A stretch of DNA of 35,622 nt from Bacteroidales bacterium (GTDB taxonomy: Bacteria > Bacteroidota > Bacteroidia > Bacteroidales > UBA12077), in contig DAOVYZ010000001.1 of the NCBI GenBank assembly GCA_030635365.1, forward strand, positions 1 to 35,622, written 5' to 3'. A program made the position numbers and the translations under genes. Positions 31,471-35,622 of this stretch are shown here, in pieces. Position 1 is the stretch's first letter, and each line of letters opens with the position of its first letter. The notes under the pieces are model-generated. The model searched no databases. It saw only the letters and a list, made by a program, of their open reading frames with translations, and had not been told where the DNA came from.

Positions 31471-31802
31471 TGAATAAATTTAACGCTAAAAAAATAATTA
31501 TAAGCGGGATTATATTCGATAGCAAGAAAGAAGGGCTTTATTATTTAAAATTATTAATGCTCAAAAAGGCTAATAAAGAAAGTGAAAGGGTCATTAATAT
31601 AGCATTACAACCAAGATTTGATATAATTATCAATGGTAAAAAGATAGGCTTTTATAAAGCTGATTTTAAAGTTACTTATGCAGATAAGCACACAGAAATA
31701 ATTGATATTAAAGGCTTAAAAAAGGGTTCTGCTTATCAACTATTCAGATTGAAAAAGAAGCTTGTAGAAGCACTTTATAACATTGAAATAATTGAAAAAT
31801 AA
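31470..31802 (+). CDS. DUF1064-like small PD-(D/E)xK nuclease-fold protein.
   Basis: F.SKKEGLYY..L then YKADFKVTY...TEIIDIKG fits the DUF1064 pattern: FdSk.E..... then aDF..... then E.KG. Confidence 0.5.
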   Translation: MNKFNAKKIIISGIIFDSKKEGLYYLKLLMLKKANKESERVINIALQPRFDIIINGKKIGFYKADFKVTYADKHTEIIDIKGLKKGSAYQLFRLKKKLVEALYNIEIIEK

Positions 31803-32231
31803 ATGGCATTAATAGCTAGTAAAGTCTGTCAATATATACGACCTGATTCAGTTGATAATTCAGATGCAGAAGCCTACGAATATTATCTTGTTTGGCTTGG
31901 TGTTGATGGTGGTGTTTATAATTGGTTGTTTGAAGATTTCACCAAAGAAAAAAATATAAATGGTGAGGTTGTTAATACTAAATCTGAAAACATAACAAAG
32001 CTTTACAGGAATGCAAATCAGAGCATTGAGATAGTTGCTGAAGATCTAACTGAAAATGAATTTGATACAATTTGCGATATTACCAGGGCATTAGTTGTAA
32101 GAAGATATTTTAAGGATGGGACTTTTTCAAATTTAGCAATATTAACAGATAGTATTGAAAAGCCAAAATCACAATTTAGATATGATTTGGAGCTTGAGGT
32201 TGCAGAAGTTGAAGAAAAAATAATGAGATAA
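31803..32231 (+). CDS. Hypothetical protein, 142 aa.
   Basis: ORF with a Met-Ala start. Confidence 0.4.
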   Translation: MALIASKVCQYIRPDSVDNSDAEAYEYYLVWLGVDGGVYNWLFEDFTKEKNINGEVVNTKSENITKLYRNANQSIEIVAEDLTENEFDTICDITRALVVRRYFKDGTFSNLAILTDSIEKPKSQFRYDLELEVAEVEEKIMR

Positions 32232-32236
32232 AAGAT

Positions 32237-32308
32237 TATCATGTAGTGTAATTGGCAACACGCGGGGTTCTGGTCTCTGAACTTTGGGTTCGACTCCCTT
32301 CATGATAA
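32237..32308 (+). tRNA. tRNA-Gln, anticodon CUG.
   Basis: Hand fold. The acceptor stem pairs TATCATG with CATGATA (7 bp, U1-A72). U8 and A14 are present. The D stem pairs GTGT with ACAC, and the D loop has GG. The anticodon stem pairs CGGGG with CTCTG, and the loop is TT-CTG-GT. The T loop is TTCGACT, flanked by GGG/CCC. The two outer T-stem pairs are U-U mismatches. No CCA is encoded. Confidence 0.7.
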
Positions 32309-32340
32309 TTTTTTAGTAATTATATAATAGTTTGTAATGA

Positions 32341-34065
32341 ATGGCACAATTAATAATCAATAATGAAATTGTTGAACTTGGGAATAATAAACTCGTATTT
32401 TCAAAGTCTGGTTATTCTTTTGAAGATTGGATAACAAAAGATATTCCTTATTCTGAGCGTGTCACACTTCCGGAAACATCATTATTAAATTCAATATTTT
32501 TCCGTCCTTTTTCGCCTGATATTACAGGGCAAAAATTCTCAAAACTATATACATATACTTATAAAGACAACGGTAAAATTGTTTCTTCAGGTATTGCCAA
32601 ACTACTCAAATTTAATGAAAGTAAGGAATACGAATTACAGCTTTTAGATAGCAGCTTTGAATTATTTGAAAACTTAAAAGACAAATTAAATGCTTTAGAT
32701 TTTGAAAGCTCAGATTTTACATTTAATTCGTCTGCTTATACAACTTTAAAAATATTAAATAGTTCTGCATGGATTTGGAGCGCAAGCTCAATGCATGAAG
32801 AAAAGATACTTGCAAAGAATATTCTTTCCGGGAATTTGGCTTTTTCACGCCCTTTTTTTTCAGTTCAAAGGTTAATTGAAGGAATGTTTTTAGCCAATGG
32901 GTGGACTTATGAATTAGGTGTTAATGCTGATTTTTTTGATACGCTTATTATATCAGCTAAAAACGACTTTGTATTTACATCTTATGAAAAGTCATTCACA
33001 GCAAGTTTAGCAGCCGGCAATTTTGACTTAACAAGCCCTGTATTTATCAAAACAGATTCATTGACCGGAGTAGATATTTTAAATATTACCTACAATACAA
33101 AATTAAGGTTCCGGGGCAATGCTGATGCCGACAACGATTTCATATTGCAAATTTCAGTAACCGGAACGGATCCACAAACACAAACTTTTGTATTAAATAA
33201 GGGTGCTTTTGATCATGATTTAACAAGCAATGAATTTACTGCAGGAGATGCAATAACTGTTTCTTTAATTGGAACCGGCAACGTTGCTTTTACTGATTGG
33301 CTTATTTATACTATCATTAGTGAAAACGATTTCGGATCAATGTCAACAGCAACTTTTACTGATTTTAAAGTAAAGACATATGATAATTTGCCGGATATTA
33401 TTCAAAAGGAATTGTTTAAAAATTGCCTGGTAAAAATAGGCGGGTTTTTTACAACAGATAATTTTAAGAAAGTAATAAATATTAGTTCAGTTGTTTCATT
33501 ATCAAAACTTGGTGCAATTGATTTGAGTGAAAAGTTTATTGAAGATACTGAAAGCGAAATGCCTTTACTTGGTTATGGTAAAATAAATTATTTTGTTTAT
33601 AATAATTCAGATTTAAAACCCTCTAATTTGGGGCGCGGCTCATTTGAAATTGATAACGAAACAATTCCGGATACAATAGACATTTATACATCAATTTTTG
33701 CAGCCTCGCCAGAAGTTGAAATAACTGATACAATGATTGATAATACTGTTTATGATGATACTGAGCGGATTAATGAAATAAACAATCTAATTGGCTATTA
33801 TGAATCAATTAGTAGTTACACAGTTGCCAGATTTGAAAATTTAAACGGAAATAATGTTTTATCAACTTTTTATTCTAATTTTATAGCCGCAATCCAAAGG
33901 GGTGAAATAACAGAATCAAAATTTAATCTTAATAAATCAGATTACTTTTTATTTGACTTTACAAAATTGGTATATTTACAACAAAAAAAATCTGTTTTTT
34001 ATGTTTTGAATGTAGGTAATTACTCAGATAATGAATTAACAGATGTAAAACTTTTAAAAACGTAA
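32341..34065 (+). CDS. Large tail fibre or baseplate protein, 574 aa.
   Basis: The call rests on size, position and composition. I recognise no motif. Confidence 0.4.
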   Translation: MAQLIINNEIVELGNNKLVFSKSGYSFEDWITKDIPYSERVTLPETSLLNSIFFRPFSPDITGQKFSKLYTYTYKDNGKIVSSGIAKLLKFNESKEYELQLLDSSFELFENLKDKLNALDFESSDFTFNSSAYTTLKILNSSAWIWSASSMHEEKILAKNILSGNLAFSRPFFSVQRLIEGMFLANGWTYELGVNADFFDTLIISAKNDFVFTSYEKSFTASLAAGNFDLTSPVFIKTDSLTGVDILNITYNTKLRFRGNADADNDFILQISVTGTDPQTQTFVLNKGAFDHDLTSNEFTAGDAITVSLIGTGNVAFTDWLIYTIISENDFGSMSTATFTDFKVKTYDNLPDIIQKELFKNCLVKIGGFFTTDNFKKVINISSVVSLSKLGAIDLSEKFIEDTESEMPLLGYGKINYFVYNNSDLKPSNLGRGSFEIDNETIPDTIDIYTSIFAASPEVEITDTMIDNTVYDDTERINEINNLIGYYESISSYTVARFENLNGNNVLSTFYSNFIAAIQRGEITESKFNLNKSDYFLFDFTKLVYLQQKKSVFYVLNVGNYSDNELTDVKLLKT

Positions 34066-34091
34066 TTTATTATTAACTAAATATTTATATT

Positions 34092-34265
34092 ATGCCAGAT
34101 CCGCCAATCAAGCCACCAAACAAAGGGGCAGAAAAATTATTAAATGAAATAGAAATTGCAACAAAAAACAGAACATTTGATGAAAAATTAGGAATAACTA
34201 TTGCTATTCTTGTTAATAAAATTGCAATATTAGAAGATAAAATAAATGCGCTTTCTGAAAAATAA
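34092..34265 (+). CDS. Small hypothetical protein, 57 aa. It is absent from the ORF track.
   Basis: Translation is MPDPPIKPPNKGAEKLLNEIEIATKNRTFDEKLGITIAILVNKIAILEDKINALSEK. It is on the plus strand like its neighbours. I prefer it to the minus-strand ORF 34085-34372. Confidence 0.45.
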   Translation: MPDPPIKPPNKGAEKLLNEIEIATKNRTFDEKLGITIAILVNKIAILEDKINALSEK

Positions 34266-34644
34266 AGGAATTGCGTTTTTAATTCTTGTTTTTGCTGTAG
34301 TGGCTGAGTATTTTCATTTGCTTTTTGTAGGTGAAATACACAGTCATTACATACGAAATGGAATAGAAACACGCATTTACTGGGATGATATGGTGTACTA
34401 TTTTTTTAATGAATTATTTACTTTAATATTAATTGTAATAATATTTATAAAGATAGGAAAAAACAAAGCATCAAAAGCAATTTTAGCAGGAGTTTGCTTT
34501 TGGTTTTTTGTTGAATGGGTTGAAATTACACTGCAATTAGCAAAAATAAGTGACGCCCGGCTTTATATTAATGATGGATCATGGTTGCAATTGTTCACCT
34601 GCTTGACAATAGTATTATTAGTTTTCTTTGGGAGCAAAAAATAA
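34246..34644 (+). CDS. Integral membrane protein with four predicted TM helices, 132 aa. It may be holin-like or have another membrane function.
   Basis: It has four hydrophobic stretches of about 20 aa: IAFLILVFAVVAEYFHLLFV, FTLILIVIIFIKI, AILAGVCFWFFVEWVEI and LQLFTCLTIVLLVFF. Confidence 0.55.
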   Translation: MRFLKNKGIAFLILVFAVVAEYFHLLFVGEIHSHYIRNGIETRIYWDDMVYYFFNELFTLILIVIIFIKIGKNKASKAILAGVCFWFFVEWVEITLQLAKISDARLYINDGSWLQLFTCLTIVLLVFFGSKK

Positions 34645-35075
34645 ATATATTAAGCGGAATTTTTTTAGGCTTAACAATTTATTCTTGTTTTTATAAAAAA
34701 AAGTTAGAATTTAAAAAAATAGAATTTTTAAAACGAAATTCTTATTTAATAAAATGGCAAATATTAATACTGAAACAAATGAGTGATAAAGAAAATTACC
34801 AGGTAAAAGAAATATTAACAGCTCATATAAAAAAAAATGATGTTTTCAAAAATGAAGTCAGGTCTGAATTAAAAAAAATTAATGAAAAAATAACCAATGA
34901 AATAAAAACGGTTATTCGGGTATTGACTGATTACATGTTAACAAATGATAAAAGGGTTAGCGAATTAGAGGGCGAACAAAAAGTCACAAAAAGAGAGATT
35001 GCAATTTATATTGGTATTGTGGGCACTTTTATAATGCTTGTAATAAATACATATATGACATTTAAAGGCGGTTAA
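34581..35075 (+). CDS. Membrane protein in the -1 frame relative to ORF 34246. The start is uncertain: ATG 34581, ATG 34779, or entry by frameshift.
   Basis: It overlaps the upstream ORF by 64 nt. It has a TM segment near its N-terminus (ILSGIFLGLTIYSCFY), a coiled-coil middle and a C-terminal TM anchor (IAIYIGIVGTFIMLVINTYMTF). It ends 2 nt before the tape measure ATG. Confidence 0.5.
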   Translation: MVAIVHLLDNSIISFLWEQKINILSGIFLGLTIYSCFYKKKLEFKKIEFLKRNSYLIKWQILILKQMSDKENYQVKEILTAHIKKNDVFKNEVRSELKKINEKITNEIKTVIRVLTDYMLTNDKRVSELEGEQKVTKREIAIYIGIVGTFIMLVINTYMTFKGG

Positions 35076-35077
35076 AA

Positions 35078-35622
35078 ATGGCAGATGAACAAATTATAGT
35101 AGATATTCAAGTTGATTCTAAAGAGGTAAAAACAGCCGAAAATAGAGTTGATGAGTTGACCGATTCCATCGAGGAGTTAGGTAATAGGATTGCTACAGCC
35201 AGAAAACAGAATAAACAATTTAAAAAAGATCAACAGGATTTAAATAAATTATATAAGGATGGTGCCATATCTTCAGATAAATACGAAAAAGAAGTTGATA
35301 AACTTAATACTAAAATCAAAACAAACAATAAAGTAATTGCTGAAAGTTCTGTTGAATTAAGTAAGCAAAAAAGAGAAAGAACTTCAAACATTAAGTTAAT
35401 AAATTCAGAAACAAACTCCCTTGCACAATTAGAGGCAAAAGCATCATTATTAAATAAAGCAATTACCAATCAAACAACGGCAACAAAAGAAGGCCGGGAG
35501 GAGTATGCCCGGTTAAATGAAGAATTAGGTGAAACAAATACCCAAATCAATGAACAACGCCTAGCATTTAATGATAGTACTAAGAATATAGGCAAATACA
35601 AAGATTCCTTAAAAGGTGCTGA
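35078..35622 (+). CDS. Tail tape measure protein, N-terminal part. It is open to the window end and continues at nt 2 through the terminal overlap.
   Basis: From ATG 35078 the translation begins MADEQIIVDIQVDSKEVKTAENRVDELTDSIEELGNRIATARKQNK. I checked every codon and found no stop before the window end. The ORF track does not list it. Confidence 0.85.
   Translation, partial: MADEQIIVDIQVDSKEVKTAENRVDELTDSIEELGNRIATARKQNKQFKKDQQDLNKLYKDGAISSDKYEKEVDKLNTKIKTNNKVIAESSVELSKQKRERTSNIKLINSETNSLAQLEAKASLLNKAITNQTTATKEGREEYARLNEELGETNTQINEQRLAFNDSTKNIGKYKDSLKGA
35482..35622. repeat. Terminal direct repeat, copy 2. It is identical to 1-141.
   Basis: 141/141 identity by direct comparison. Confidence 0.95.

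Noticed and set aside
32237-32308. The tRNA considered as an attP or integration site, or as a suppressor tRNA signalling an alternative genetic code.
   Set aside because: No integrase or recombinase is present, and the tRNA is complete rather than a 3' fragment. The anticodon is CUG, the standard Gln anticodon, not CUA or UCA. All long ORFs read through cleanly with the standard code.
34085-34372. Minus-strand 95-aa ORF between the fibre gene and the membrane protein gene.
   Set aside because: It is antisense to a compact + strand arrangement: the 57-aa ORF 34092-34265 overlapping the start of ORF 34246. It is also the lone reverse gene in a 25-kb unidirectional block.
1-35622. CRISPR arrays, transposases or IS elements, rRNA genes.
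   Set aside because: Reading through all intergenic regions, I saw no regularly spaced direct repeats with unique spacers. I saw no transposase-like ORFs or terminal inverted repeats, and no rRNA-like sequence.

Overview
The window is a complete genome of a tailed dsDNA phage, AT-rich by eye. The first 141 nt (1-141) are identical to the last 141 nt (35482-35622), so the unique sequence is 35,481 bp and closes into a circle. The tape measure gene runs across that junction (35078-35622, continuing 2-2476), which the ORF track misses.

Nearly all genes are on the + strand and tightly packed, with many ATGA or GTGA start/stop overlaps. The modules are:
- Head: a ClpP-like prohead protease fused to a scaffold-like tail, major capsid protein, two small proteins with strong Shine-Dalgarno sites, and portal (3384-9057).
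- Early/replication: XRE-type HTH, YopX, a RecE-like PD-(D/E)xK exonuclease plus RecT, an orphan Dam-type methyltransferase, a stand-alone DnaA domain-IV-like protein, and a wHTH replication initiator (9888-17969).
- A cluster of small membrane proteins (18652-19724).
- Packaging: terS and terL (20081-22325).
- Neck, tail and fibre genes (22488-34065), carrying one tRNA-Gln(CUG) at 32237-32308.
- Two membrane proteins directly upstream of the tape measure gene (34246-35075).
- The only minus-strand cassette: three small genes including an excisionase-type HTH (2473-3265).

TAnnTTTG promoter-like boxes, A-rich start contexts and the rarity of Shine-Dalgarno sites suggest a Bacteroidota (Flavobacteriia-like) host. 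That is inference only.

I could not recognise an integrase, endolysin, DNA polymerase, helicase or primase.

The items most worth follow-up are:
1. A 19-bp GC-rich direct repeat read in two different reading frames inside the replication-initiator gene, next to an AT-rich repeat tract. This looks like a lambda-O-style internal origin.
2. A 98-codon -1 frame with no start codon that opens just before a T10 run in ORF 23025-23612. This suggests a programmed -1 frameshift or a homopolymer error.
3. A 598-aa tail protein made of a recent tandem duplication of a roughly 159-aa domain, plus a beta domain and a LamG lectin domain.
4. The minus-strand HTH cassette with an operator-like palindrome.
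5. The DnaA-domain-IV-only protein.
6. A very acidic repeat/zinc-ribbon early protein.

All family assignments come from motif recognition by eye. No searches were run.
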